A stretch of DNA of 64,000 nt from Saprospiraceae bacterium (GTDB taxonomy: Bacteria > Bacteroidota > Bacteroidia > Chitinophagales > Saprospiraceae): assembly GCA_965223105.1 (NCBI GenBank), contig OZ244987.1:2300192-2364191 (forward strand), given 5' to 3'. A model generated the notes under the pieces. The model was not told the origin of the DNA, ran no database searches, and saw only the letters and a program-made list of their open reading frames with translations. Shown here piece by piece: positions 49,264-59,135 of the stretch. Numbering within the stretch: position 1 is the stretch's first letter; the number at the start of each line of letters is the position of its first letter. The translations under genes were made by a program, and so were the position numbers.

Positions 49264-50391
49264 TTAATCGTGTAAAATTTTGCCTAGCTTTTCGATCAGG
49301 TAGTTGACTTCAGCGGTGGTGTTGAATTCCGAGAAGGAGATACGTATGGTCTGCCCGTCGTTTTCTTGATCCAAGTGAGCCATCACATGGGAACTCTTCT
49401 GAGTCCCTGAGGCGCAAGCACTGCCTCCAGAAACGCTAATGCCCTCAATATCGAGATTCATGACCAATAAATCTGATCCCAAACTCTTCGGAACAGTGAA
49501 ACTTATTACCGTATACAAGGAAGGACCTTCAGGATCACCATTAAATACGATTTGCGGAAATCGGCGTCTGAATTCCCTGATCGTCTTGGTCTTTAATTCC
49601 TCGATATGTTGACGAGATTCCGATAATCTCTGAAGGGATATTTGCAGCGCCAATGCCAGACCGTGGATGGCTGCCACATTTTCTGTCCCACTCCGCAGGT
49701 TGCGCTCTTGGTTGCCTCCTTCGAGTAAGGGTTTTAGGGTAATCCCTTGTCGCATAAAAAGAAATCCGATGCCCTTTGGTCCGTGAAATTTATGCGCTGA
49801 GGCTGAGAGAAAATCTACGGGACTTTCTTGAATGTCAATAGGAAAATGCCCTATCGTCTGTACGGTGTCTGAATGTAGTAAGCAAGATTTAGCCTTACAA
49901 AGGTTGGCAACTTGAGACAAGTCAATCTTGGTACCGATTTCGTTGTTGGCATGCATCAATGATACCAGGGTATGGGCTTCATTCTGTGTCAGGAGCTCTT
50001 CTAAGTGAGATAATCTGGGTCGACCCTGGCGATCTACGTCGACTAAGTCAAATCTAACTCCGGCATCTGTCAATCGACGACAAGTATTGAGCACGCTAGG
50101 GTGTTCGATGGGACTTGAAATGATACGATTTATTCCCAGATCTCTGACCGCACATTTCAACACTGTATTATTGGCTTCCGTTCCTCCGCTGGTGAAGAAA
50201 ACCTCACCGACTGAAGCATTGAGTGATTCGGCTACCAATTTACGGGCTTCTTCGATGGTGGCCCGACTGATGCGGCCGGCCTGATGAATAGATGAAGGAT
50301 TTCCATGGCAGTCCTTCATTTTTTCCACCATGGCATCAATGACTTCAGGGTACATTGGGGTAGACGCAGCATTGTCGAAATATATCCTCAT
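49264..50391 (-). CDS. Cysteine desulfurase (NifS/IscS-like class V PLP enzyme)
   Basis: Trimmed to MRIYFDNAASTPMYPEV. PLP lysine in SASAHKFHGPKG and catalytic loop SGGSACASG. The ATG overlaps the upstream TGA (ATGA at 50388..50391). Confidence 0.8.
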   Translation of the reverse strand: MRIYFDNAASTPMYPEVIDAMVEKMKDCHGNPSSIHQAGRISRATIEEARKLVAESLNASVGEVFFTSGGTEANNTVLKCAVRDLGINRIISSPIEHPSVLNTCRRLTDAGVRFDLVDVDRQGRPRLSHLEELLTQNEAHTLVSLMHANNEIGTKIDLSQVANLCKAKSCLLHSDTVQTIGHFPIDIQESPVDFLSASAHKFHGPKGIGFLFMRQGITLKPLLEGGNQERNLRSGTENVAAIHGLALALQISLQRLSESRQHIEELKTKTIREFRRRFPQIVFNGDPEGPSLYTVISFTVPKSLGSDLLVMNLDIEGISVSGGSACASGTQKSSHVMAHLDQENDGQTIRISFSEFNTTAEVNYLIEKLGKILHD

Positions 50392-51875
50392 GATGAATAA
50401 ACGAGATGGTTGGCAAACCACTTTTCGACCAATAGCTCTTCAGGGAACGGACCATTTCGGTGTACGAATTCGTTAATATCTGGCAAATACTTATAGTCGT
50501 ACTGCCAGGTCGTCCAGTTTTGCACGACTTCGGCGATTGCCTGACAAATGAAATCGACTTCTTCATCGGTCATAATGGGATGAATTGAAAATCGAACCCA
50601 ACCCGGCTTTTGAGAAAGATCTCCAGCGTTGATCCGTGAAGTAATGTATTCTGAAATTTCGGGAGATACCTCCAACAAGTAGTGGCCGTAGGTACCCGCA
50701 CAAGAACATCCTCCCCTCACCTGAACACCAAATCTATCATTTAACAATTTGACACAAAGGTTGTAATGAAGTCCTTCGACGTAAAATGACACGACCCCTA
50801 ATCGATGCCGTTGGCGATCGGCCAGTAAGTGGAGATCATTTATGGAATCTAGTCTCTGCCAAATGATCTCTAATAACTCCTTCTCCCGCTCCAGCATTTT
50901 ACCGACTCCCATCTCCTCTTTTAGTTGAATCGCGAATGCAACCCTCATCGTCTGAAGGAAACCCGGTGTGCCACCATCCTCCCTAGCCTCAATGGCGTCG
51001 AAATATTTGTGCTGGCCCCACGGATTGGTCCAGTCCACTGTGCCTCCCCCCGGATGATCCGGAATTTTATTGCGGTACAAATCCTCATTAAAGATTAGAA
51101 TTCCACAAGAACCCGGTCCACCCAAAAATTTGTGCGGTGAGAAATAGATGGCATCCAATTTTTCTTCAGGATTGCTGGGGTGCATGTCTATATCAATATA
51201 TGGTGCTGAGGCTGCAAAATCGACGAAACAGTAGCCGCCATATTGGTGCATCAATGCGGCTACCTGATGGTATGGTGTTCGAATCCCCGTGACATTGCTG
51301 CAAGAGGTGATTGCCGCATACTTGGTCTTGCGATGAACATATTTCTCAAGCATTCTTCTCAAGTCCTGAAGGTCTAGCAGACCATCACCATCCGGTTTGA
51401 TGATTTCGACTTGTGCAATGGTCTCGAGCCAGGAGGTTTGATTTGAGTGATGTTCCATGTGACTGATAAAAACAAGGGGACGATCGACTTCCTCAATCTC
51501 GAGCTGTGATTGAAATTTCTCGTGTACCTTCAGTCCAAGGATCCGTTGAAACTTATTGACAACACCGGTCATCCCCGAATGACTAGCTATGAGAATATCC
51601 TCGGATGATGCACCAACATGCTGTTTGATAATCTTGCGAGCCTCCTGGTAAGCCTTTGTCATTACACAACCCGTGATGGACGTACCTGTGTGCGTATTGC
51701 CTACGAATGGGGCGATCTCATGCAGAAGGTGCTCTTCTATCGGCTTGTAAAGTCTTCCCGAGGCGGTCCAGTCAGCATAGACAATGCGCTTCTGACCGTA
51801 AGGACCATTAAAATGCTGGTCATGGCCAATCACTCGTTCTCGATATTGTCGGAAGTATTCCTCAAGTGCACTCAT
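50388..51875 (-). CDS. Aminotransferase class V-fold PLP-dependent enzyme (495 aa, cysteine-desulfurase-like; specific function unknown)
   Basis: PLP lysine context YFSPHKFLGGPGSCG, with the C-terminal RGGCSCAGTYG typical of this long class-V clade. The ATG overlaps the glmM TGA (ATGA at 51872..51875). Confidence 0.7.
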   Translation of the reverse strand: MSALEEYFRQYRERVIGHDQHFNGPYGQKRIVYADWTASGRLYKPIEEHLLHEIAPFVGNTHTGTSITGCVMTKAYQEARKIIKQHVGASSEDILIASHSGMTGVVNKFQRILGLKVHEKFQSQLEIEEVDRPLVFISHMEHHSNQTSWLETIAQVEIIKPDGDGLLDLQDLRRMLEKYVHRKTKYAAITSCSNVTGIRTPYHQVAALMHQYGGYCFVDFAASAPYIDIDMHPSNPEEKLDAIYFSPHKFLGGPGSCGILIFNEDLYRNKIPDHPGGGTVDWTNPWGQHKYFDAIEAREDGGTPGFLQTMRVAFAIQLKEEMGVGKMLEREKELLEIIWQRLDSINDLHLLADRQRHRLGVVSFYVEGLHYNLCVKLLNDRFGVQVRGGCSCAGTYGHYLLEVSPEISEYITSRINAGDLSQKPGWVRFSIHPIMTDEEVDFICQAIAEVVQNWTTWQYDYKYLPDINEFVHRNGPFPEELLVEKWFANHLVYSS

Positions 51876-53260
51876 GATAGATCCTGGGTTAATTCAGCGA
51901 TTTCCTGGACGAATTTATCAGCCAATTGAGTGGCTTTATATTCATCGGTGCTTTCCGCATAAATTCTGATAATCGGCTCGGTATTGCTTTTGCGCATATG
52001 GACCCACTCATCCTTAAAAATAAGTTTGAGACCATCCATAGTAAATAGATCCTCGTCACGGTATCGATCACACATCATCTGTATGATGTGATCAGGATCA
52101 ACTCCATCTTTTAAGGATACCTTTTGCTTATTCATCACAAACTGAGGATAACCAGCTTTCAATGCACTGACGGGAATCTGTTGTTGTGCCAGATGAGTAA
52201 GAAAAACGGCAATGCCTGCTAAAGCATCACGACCGTAGTGCAAGGAGGGTATGATTACCCCCCCGTTTCCCTCACCCCCAAATATAGCGCCTACTTCCTT
52301 CATTTTTTCAACGACATTCACCTCCCCGACCGCTGATGCAAAGTACTTACCACCGTGTTTTTCTGTGACAACTTTTAAAGCTTGGGTAGAGCTGAGATTG
52401 GAAACTGTATTGCCGGCGTTTTGGCTGAGTATGAAATCGGCAATAGCAACAATGGTATACTCCTCGCCAAACATCTCTCCGTCTTCACACACCAGTGCCA
52501 AGCGGTCCACATCGGGATCAACCGCGATTCCTAAGTCGCAACGCTCTTCAATTACGCAATTGGAAAGATCTTGTAGGTGCTCGGGAAGCGGTTCGGGGTT
52601 GTGGGCGAAATTGCCGGTCAAGTCAGCATTGATGAGTTCATAGGAACAACCCAAGGCGTCCAGAAGTGGCGGAACAGATAAAGTGGCTGTACTGTTGATG
52701 CAATCGACGGCTACTTTAAACTGACGGGAGGCCACCAAATCTTTGTCTACCCATGGTAAATCCAGTATCCGTTCAATATGGTAGTCCAGGAGTTCAGTAG
52801 GTCGATGATTGATCCCCAGTTCTTGGATCGGGGAAAATTCATATCGGTTTGCCTTGATCAGTGAAACGATTTCCTGACCATCTTGAGCGGAGATGAATTC
52901 CCCGCGATGATTGAGAAACTTTAATGCATTCCAATCTTTTGGATTGTGACTAGCGGTGATGATAATCCCTCCCCCAGCTTGCAGTTTAGGCACAGCCATT
53001 TCGACGGTGGGTGTCGTACTCAGATCCAGGTTGTATAGATCGATTCCCATGCCAATGAGGGTTTGACCTACCAGCTCACTGACCATCTTACCTGAGATCC
53101 TCGCATCTCTTCCCAAGACTACCCTCTTTGGCTGAGCTTTGGTGTGTAACCATGCGCCGTAAGCTGCCGCACAAGAAACGATATCAAGCGGCGTCAAATT
53201 ATCACCTGGAAAACCACCGATAGTGCCCCGTATGCCAGATATCGAAGTAATTAGTGTCAA
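51872..53260 (-). CDS. glmM: Phosphoglucosamine mutase (alpha-D-phosphohexomutase family)
   Basis: N-terminal LITSISGIRGTIGG, phosphoserine loop TASHNPKDWN, and Mg loop DPDVDR. TTG is the only canonical start after the in-frame stop at 53291..53293. Confidence 0.85.
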   Translation of the reverse strand: MTLITSISGIRGTIGGFPGDNLTPLDIVSCAAAYGAWLHTKAQPKRVVLGRDARISGKMVSELVGQTLIGMGIDLYNLDLSTTPTVEMAVPKLQAGGGIIITASHNPKDWNALKFLNHRGEFISAQDGQEIVSLIKANRYEFSPIQELGINHRPTELLDYHIERILDLPWVDKDLVASRQFKVAVDCINSTATLSVPPLLDALGCSYELINADLTGNFAHNPEPLPEHLQDLSNCVIEERCDLGIAVDPDVDRLALVCEDGEMFGEEYTIVAIADFILSQNAGNTVSNLSSTQALKVVTEKHGGKYFASAVGEVNVVEKMKEVGAIFGGEGNGGVIIPSLHYGRDALAGIAVFLTHLAQQQIPVSALKAGYPQFVMNKQKVSLKDGVDPDHIIQMMCDRYRDEDLFTMDGLKLIFKDEWVHMRKSNTEPIIRIYAESTDEYKATQLADKFVQEIAELTQDLS

Positions 53261-53358
53261 TGTCCTCTTTTTTAGATGATTTATCTGCCATCAAAGGTAT
53301 GAATTTAGGCTATATGCTTATGTTTAGAGCGGTTTGACCCAATGAGCAAAGGAGACAT

Positions 53359-53919
53359 ATGTTTGAACAACTCTTAATATGGGATCTGCACGTTTTTCAG
53401 TGGATTAATGGAATAGACCATTCGGTATTAAATGGCTTGATGCCCTATTTCCGGCACAAATTATTCTGGGTGCCGCTATACATATTTCTCGTTGTGTTCC
53501 TGGTAATGAACTTTCCTAGGAGAGGGCTTTGGATCCTACTTTTTGCTATTTTGTCTGTGGGATGCTCAGATACAGTCAGTTCAAAGTGGATCAAGAATTC
53601 AGTCAAAAGAATAAGGCCATGTAACGACCCCGATGTAATGATATTGACCAATGCCCGAATCAGGTGTGGCGGAGGTTATAGCTTTACCTCATCACATGCA
53701 GCAAACCACAGTACCCTCGCCTTCTTTTTCTTTTTCCTCTTTTCTGGAATGGCCCCTCGATGGAGATGGCTGGCGGTTGGGTGGGCATCCAGTATCGGAC
53801 TAGCCCAGATCTATGTTGGAGTACATTATCCACTGGATGTGGTCGGAGGCTTCCTGGTTGGGTTCTTGATTGGTTGGCTTTTTGCTCATCTGTACCACCG
53901 ATTTTATACTGTGAGTTAG
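53359..53919 (+). CDS. PAP2-family (type 2 phosphatidic acid / undecaprenyl-PP phosphatase-like) membrane protein
   Basis: The three PAP2 motifs are present: KNSVKRIRP, SFTSSHAANH and GVHYPLDVVGG. The protein is multi-TM. Confidence 0.8.
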   Translation: MFEQLLIWDLHVFQWINGIDHSVLNGLMPYFRHKLFWVPLYIFLVVFLVMNFPRRGLWILLFAILSVGCSDTVSSKWIKNSVKRIRPCNDPDVMILTNARIRCGGGYSFTSSHAANHSTLAFFFFFLFSGMAPRWRWLAVGWASSIGLAQIYVGVHYPLDVVGGFLVGFLIGWLFAHLYHRFYTVS

Positions 53920-55151
53920 AAAGCAATCGGTGGATCACTGAGATGTCGTATTAGATCTGCATATGTCTCTCTTGCCCTGATCAGGTAAGGCTTACCCTTA
54001 TGCACCATGACTTCAGCCGGCCTCGGTCGCGAATTATAGTTTGATGCCATCATGAAACTGTAGGCACCGGCATTCTTGAAGGCCAGTATATCTCCTACCG
54101 ATATGGTAGAAATGGGTCGATTCCAGGCGAAGGTATCGGTTTCACAAATATAGCCAACAACCGAGTAGATCTTTTGTACACCATCAGGATTTGACAAATT
54201 GATAATCTCATGATAAGAATCATAAAACATAGGTCGAATCAGATGATTGAATCCGGTATCAATGCCAGCAAAGAGATTGGCAGGTGTCTGTTTTAGTACA
54301 TTGGTTTTCGCTAGGAAGTAGCCACATTCTGAAACGATATATTTGCCAGGTTCAAACATGAGTTCTATCTCTCTTTCATGTTTCTGACAGAATGCGTCGA
54401 ATTTCCGGCTCATTTCCCGACCAAACAATTCTATGTCCGTCTCAATGTCTCCTTCTTTATATCCCACCTTGAAACCGCTGCCAAAATCAATATATTGAAT
54501 GGTTGGAAAGTGATTTGCCACATCAAACAGAATGTCTGTGGCCCTTAGAAAAACATCTACATCCAAAATATCTGATCCTGTGTGCATATGAATGCCTTCG
54601 ATGGGAATGCCTTTTTCGGATACCAGGTTTTTCAACTCCTGCAATTGATGGATGGAGATGCCAAACTTAGAATCGATATGACCCACAGAAATTTTTTTGT
54701 TTCCTCCAGCCATAATATGGGGATTGATTCGGACACACAAAGGCAATGAGGGATATTCAGAGGACAGATGTTTGAGCACTTCAAGGTTATCGACGTTGAT
54801 TCGTACACCTAAGGAAATGGCCTCCCGATACTCCTCGATGCCAATAGAACTGGGGGTAAATACAATTTCCTTAGGATTAAATCCGGCTTTCAAGCTCATC
54901 TTGATCTCACCGATTGAAACAGCGTCAATCCCTGCCCCCAAGGCCTTCATAAGACGGAGGATAGATATATTGGAAAGAGCCTTGCAAGCATAGTTGAAGG
55001 TCAACCGAGGCACATCAAATGACGAACGAAGCCGCTCAAATTGCCGAATTATAATATCGGTATCGTAAATGTAGAGGGGGAGCCCAAACTCCTCAGCGAT
55101 TTCCAGTACGGAAACGTCCTGAATGTGATATCTACCTTCGGTCCTTCTCAT
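53916..55151 (-). CDS. lysA: Diaminopimelate decarboxylase
   Basis: PLYIYD, the PLP lysine region FNYACKALSN, HMHTGS, and the EPGKYIV / GAYSFMMASNYNSRPRP C-terminal pattern. Confidence 0.9.
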   Translation of the reverse strand: MRRTEGRYHIQDVSVLEIAEEFGLPLYIYDTDIIIRQFERLRSSFDVPRLTFNYACKALSNISILRLMKALGAGIDAVSIGEIKMSLKAGFNPKEIVFTPSSIGIEEYREAISLGVRINVDNLEVLKHLSSEYPSLPLCVRINPHIMAGGNKKISVGHIDSKFGISIHQLQELKNLVSEKGIPIEGIHMHTGSDILDVDVFLRATDILFDVANHFPTIQYIDFGSGFKVGYKEGDIETDIELFGREMSRKFDAFCQKHEREIELMFEPGKYIVSECGYFLAKTNVLKQTPANLFAGIDTGFNHLIRPMFYDSYHEIINLSNPDGVQKIYSVVGYICETDTFAWNRPISTISVGDILAFKNAGAYSFMMASNYNSRPRPAEVMVHKGKPYLIRARETYADLIRHLSDPPIAF

Positions 55152-55502
55152 GCCATCTAATTAGAGGAGCCAAAGATAGGTTCTAATGGTGAGACTAAAC
55201 AACGGCTTTATAAGCCCAGTATCGGGGCTCATCCAACAAAGTTCTCTAGACCGACTTCCACCCACAGAGGTTCCGGAGCGCTCCCCTATGAAACCTGTTT
55301 TCATGGAATGTAAAGACACCACAGGTTGAGAAATCAGATGGTATCACATGATAACTGAGCAGGCTTAGAAAATGCGCGTTCGCTTTATTTCTCTTTCTGC
55401 GAATTTGTGGGTAACATTGCTTTCTTTTTATCAAGGTCTGATCAGATCGGGATTTTATCGAAACATGAACTGTTCAGCCTACAACCCAAAAATTTATTAG
55501 TA

Positions 55503-56249
55503 ATGCGAAGAAAGATTGTCGCCGGCAATTGGAAGATGCACAAGAGCTTGAATGAGGCTATTCAGTTGACATCCAGTTTGTGTCAACTTACAATCTCTGA
55601 TGATACACTGGTGATCTTAGGTGTACCTTTTCCCTACTTGCTGGAACTGAAAAAAGTTACGGAAAGATCGACCATATCTATAGCAGCACAAAATTGTCAT
55701 CATAAAGCTCAAGGCGCCTTTACTGGTGAAGTCTCAGCTCCTATGTTGGCTTCTATAGATACAGAGTATGTCATATTGGGGCATTCTGAACGCAGGGCAT
55801 ACTTTAAGGAAAGTGATCAACTACTGGCCGAGAAGACCAATATTGCACTTGAAAACGGATTGAAAGTCATTTTTTGCTGTGGCGAATCTTTAGAAGTGAG
55901 AAGAGCAGATAACCATATTGACTTTGTAAGTAACCAATTGTCGGCTGGGCTCTTTCATTTGACACCGGAACAACTGGACAGGGTCACCATTGCCTATGAA
56001 CCAATTTGGGCGATAGGCACGGGTGAAACTGCTTCACCTGAGCAGGCCCAGGAAATGCATCATGCCATCCGACATATGTTGGAGAAGAAATATGATCAGA
56101 CTGTTGCTGACCAAATGCATATTCTCTATGGCGGCAGTGTGAAGGCCGCAAATGCAGGTACCCTTTTCAACCAGCCCGACGTGGATGGTGGCTTGGTAGG
56201 CGGAGCTAGTCTTAAAGCCGATGACTTCGCCGTTATCATTGGGGCCTGA
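55503..56249 (+). CDS. tpiA: Triosephosphate isomerase
   Basis: Trimmed to MRRKIVAGNWKMHKS. Also ILGHSERR, IAYEPIWAIGTG and YGGSVKAANA. Confidence 0.95.
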   Translation: MRRKIVAGNWKMHKSLNEAIQLTSSLCQLTISDDTLVILGVPFPYLLELKKVTERSTISIAAQNCHHKAQGAFTGEVSAPMLASIDTEYVILGHSERRAYFKESDQLLAEKTNIALENGLKVIFCCGESLEVRRADNHIDFVSNQLSAGLFHLTPEQLDRVTIAYEPIWAIGTGETASPEQAQEMHHAIRHMLEKKYDQTVADQMHILYGGSVKAANAGTLFNQPDVDGGLVGGASLKADDFAVIIGA

Positions 56250-56325
56250 TTAGGGTGATGCTGATGTAACCATGAATTGAACCGGCCTCATCCTGCTTGT
56301 CAAATGAGCAGATAAATAGTAAAGC

Positions 56326-57585
56326 GTGTCGAATATTAGACCAGGACGTCGATTCTCTATTCACATCGAGAAAGGCGATTCATTGTTACCCTTGCGTGAA
56401 GCTTTTATTGTTCCACGAAACGACGAAGGAGAGGTATATACCTACCTTTGCGGGCATTCGCTGGGTTTACAGCCGGTCAATGCCAAAGAGGAGGTTGCAG
56501 CGATACTTCGCCAATGGGGTGATAAGGGTGTGAAAGGTCACTTTGAAGGGGATTCCTGGATTCATTACCAAGATGAAATTGACGAATGGATGTCGAAATT
56601 AGTGGGAGCTAAGTTGTCTGAGGTATGTGTTATGAATACTTTGACGATTAACTTGCATCTAATGCTGACGTCGTTTTACAATCCGGCTCCCGGAAGGACC
56701 AAGATCTTGATTGAAGAAAAAGCGTTCCCCAGTGATCAATATGCCATTAAATCACAACTGCGATTGAATGGGCACAATGATGACTCCATAGTGATTTGGC
56801 CCATCAATGCTGAAACAGGATTCTACGAATGGGATGACTTCAAAACCATCATGACACAACAGGGTAACCAGATTGCTTTAATACTACTCGGCGGTGTGCA
56901 ATACTTCAATGGGCAGCGATTTTCCCTGTCGAAAATTACCACATTAGCACATCAATATGGTACCATTGTTGGCTTTGATTTAGCTCATGCCGTTGGCAAT
57001 GTACCCCTACAACTACATAGTTGGGAGGTGGACTTTGCTGTATGGTGTACTTATAAATACCTCAATGGAGGCCCTGGCAGCAGTGGTGCGTGTTTTATTC
57101 ATGAGAAACACCATGGTCGAGCGCTCAACCGGTTGGAGGGATGGTGGGGAAACGATACATCGAATCGCTTTGAGATGCTGGATGATTTTACACCGGCAGG
57201 AGGTGCTAGATCATGGATGCTCAGTAATCCCTCAATACTTGCTTTAGCTCCGCTCAAAACCTCATTAAAGATTTTTGATCAAATTGGGATGTCAAAACTT
57301 TCGCAAAAGGCTGAATGGTTAAGTTCATATTTGTACGACCGACTTGAGAATTTAGATACCGACAAATTTCGGATATTGACTCCAAGTGACTATTCTCATC
57401 GTGGAACCATGCTCAGCATTCAATTTGCTCACCAAGGTCGAAAAATCTTCAAGGCCCTGACCAACGCTAACATTGTGGTAGATTGGAGAAACCCGGATGT
57501 CATACGTGTTGCACCCGTACCTCTTTACAATGACTATGAAGAGTGTTACAGGTTCGCCAAAATTTTAGGTGAAGCATTGTCATAG
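56326..57585 (+). CDS. kynU: Kynureninase
   Basis: GTG start. Contains ..VYTYLCGHSLGLQP.., the PLP lysine region WCTYKYLNGGPGS, and the correct length (~420 aa). Confidence 0.85.
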   Translation: MSNIRPGRRFSIHIEKGDSLLPLREAFIVPRNDEGEVYTYLCGHSLGLQPVNAKEEVAAILRQWGDKGVKGHFEGDSWIHYQDEIDEWMSKLVGAKLSEVCVMNTLTINLHLMLTSFYNPAPGRTKILIEEKAFPSDQYAIKSQLRLNGHNDDSIVIWPINAETGFYEWDDFKTIMTQQGNQIALILLGGVQYFNGQRFSLSKITTLAHQYGTIVGFDLAHAVGNVPLQLHSWEVDFAVWCTYKYLNGGPGSSGACFIHEKHHGRALNRLEGWWGNDTSNRFEMLDDFTPAGGARSWMLSNPSILALAPLKTSLKIFDQIGMSKLSQKAEWLSSYLYDRLENLDTDKFRILTPSDYSHRGTMLSIQFAHQGRKIFKALTNANIVVDWRNPDVIRVAPVPLYNDYEECYRFAKILGEALS

Positions 57586-57744
57586 CCAGTGTGGTAAAGT
57601 ATACTTTGGATACGAATGGGTCGAGTAAGTCTAATACGACGAGACATAGATTGAATTTTGGTCCCTTGAATGGGATAGATCATTCACTCGAATCTTCAGG
57701 CGCTTCACGGAAGATTGGCAATAAGTTTGGACTTGAAAACTAGG

Positions 57745-58380
57745 CTATTTGATCGTGACTGCCAGAGAAGCAAGTAATCTGGCCGGAGCGTTGTCAAAGG
57801 CGTAGGATGTACCCGAAAAGACAATGTGGTCACCAAATTTAGTAAAGTTGCCTTCATATCTGACGTCAAGCATGACGTTGAGCACGTCAACACCAATACC
57901 TGCTTGCCATCCATAGGTTAGATCCTCAAATTTCTGATCGTAACTCTCATACTCAAACAGCTCTGAGGAACTCTTGAGATGATAGTGGCCAACAGCACCA
58001 GCCATCAAGCGCATCGGCCCGGCACTCAGGCCAAGTAAAAGAGGGATGTCTAGGTTCTGATATCGCTCTGTAAAAATATTGGCAGGCGTGGACTGAGTGA
58101 CTTCCTTAAAGCTAAAATCTACGGAATTAGAGTTAAACACAAGTTCGGGCTGGATAATGAAGGATCCTAGCTTAGCTTGCAAGACGAGACCCAAATGATA
58201 GCCGTATTTAGAATCTTCTACATTCAGAGCGAAGGTGTTGGCTCCTGAAACGATTTCTAAAGCTTGGTTTACACCAAGGTCATAGGTGCTAAGGCCACCT
58301 TTGAAACCAAATCTCACTTGTCCGTACAGACTGGAGATGGCAAAGAAAAAGCATATTATGTTCAACGTCCTGAATCGCAC
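57745..58380 (-). CDS. Outer-membrane beta-barrel (porin-family/OmpW-like size) protein
   Basis: GTG start and signal peptide MRFRTLNIICFFFAISSLYGQ. Alternating hydrophobic beta-strand pattern with an aromatic-rich terminus. Confidence 0.6.
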   Translation of the reverse strand: MRFRTLNIICFFFAISSLYGQVRFGFKGGLSTYDLGVNQALEIVSGANTFALNVEDSKYGYHLGLVLQAKLGSFIIQPELVFNSNSVDFSFKEVTQSTPANIFTERYQNLDIPLLLGLSAGPMRLMAGAVGHYHLKSSSELFEYESYDQKFEDLTYGWQAGIGVDVLNVMLDVRYEGNFTKFGDHIVFSGTSYAFDNAPARLLASLAVTIK

Positions 58381-58518
58381 CGTAAGGCTTTTGGCATTTA
58401 TTTAACTGAACGCATTGTCTTGCTAATGGTTACTTAAAAGTCCCCTCAACTTTGCCGGTTTAACAGAGTTTTAATGGCAGTGCGCAAAAATCGCAAAATT
58501 TTTAACAAAATTCGTGCT

Positions 58519-59124
58519 ATGATTAAGAGGGTAAAGTTTGAAGGCAGTTACCCCTCATATCGAAAGCTGCCTAAGTCTAACCATCCGCACTACGCTTTCA
58601 TAGGTCGATCCAATGTAGGCAAGTCTTCATTGATCAATATGCTGACGAATCGCAAAGCGCTGGCCCGGGTGTCGAAACAACCGGGAAAGACACAAATGAT
58701 CAATCTCTTTCTAGTGAATGATGATTGGATGCTGGTCGATTTACCTGGATATGGATATGCCAAGCGGTCAAAGAAGCAGAGAAAGAGCTGGGAGGTGATG
58801 GTGCGTGAATATCTTGAACATGCCCCATCCCTTTACTGTACTTTCCTACTGATAGACAGCAGCATTCCACCTCAGCAGATCGATCTCGATTTTATCCATT
58901 GGTTGGGTACTCATCAGATTCCATTTTCCTTGGTCTTCACCAAAATTGATAAGGTAAGAACGACCAGAAGAAATTCGGTGTTAGAGACTTTCAGACGAAC
59001 CTTAGAACCTTCTTGGGAAACTTTACCTAACCAGATAGTTGTATCTTCGATTACGGGGCATGGTCAGGAAGCACTCATGGACTACATCGATCAGCTAAAC
59101 CAATTATGGGGAATTGAAGAATAG
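58519..59124 (+). CDS. engB: Ribosome-biogenesis GTPase EngB/YihA/YsxC
   Basis: Trimmed to MIKRVKFEGSY. G1 motif GRSNVGKSSLIN, G3 motif DLPGYGYA and G4 motif TKIDK. Confidence 0.9.
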   Translation: MIKRVKFEGSYPSYRKLPKSNHPHYAFIGRSNVGKSSLINMLTNRKALARVSKQPGKTQMINLFLVNDDWMLVDLPGYGYAKRSKKQRKSWEVMVREYLEHAPSLYCTFLLIDSSIPPQQIDLDFIHWLGTHQIPFSLVFTKIDKVRTTRRNSVLETFRRTLEPSWETLPNQIVVSSITGHGQEALMDYIDQLNQLWGIEE

Positions 59125-59135
59125 AAGTTCTTAAC

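Noticed and set aside
53916-53919. Convergent 4-nt overlap of the PAP2 stop (TAG) and the lysA stop (TAA) in the string TTAG
   Set aside because: The overlap is real but trivial. Overlapping convergent stops are common in compact genomes and imply nothing beyond tight packing.
55152-55400. Possible lysine riboswitch or attenuator in the 351-bp lysA-tpiA divergent region, including two mutually exclusive 5-bp hairpins (AGCCC/GGGCT versus GGCTT/AAGCC) and a 10-bp palindrome GGAGCGCTCC at 55275..55284
   Set aside because: No L-box core (no ..ACTGTCA.., ..GGAGAGC.. segments). Five-bp stems and 10-bp palindromes are expected many times by chance in 64 kb; I estimate ~60 such palindromes.
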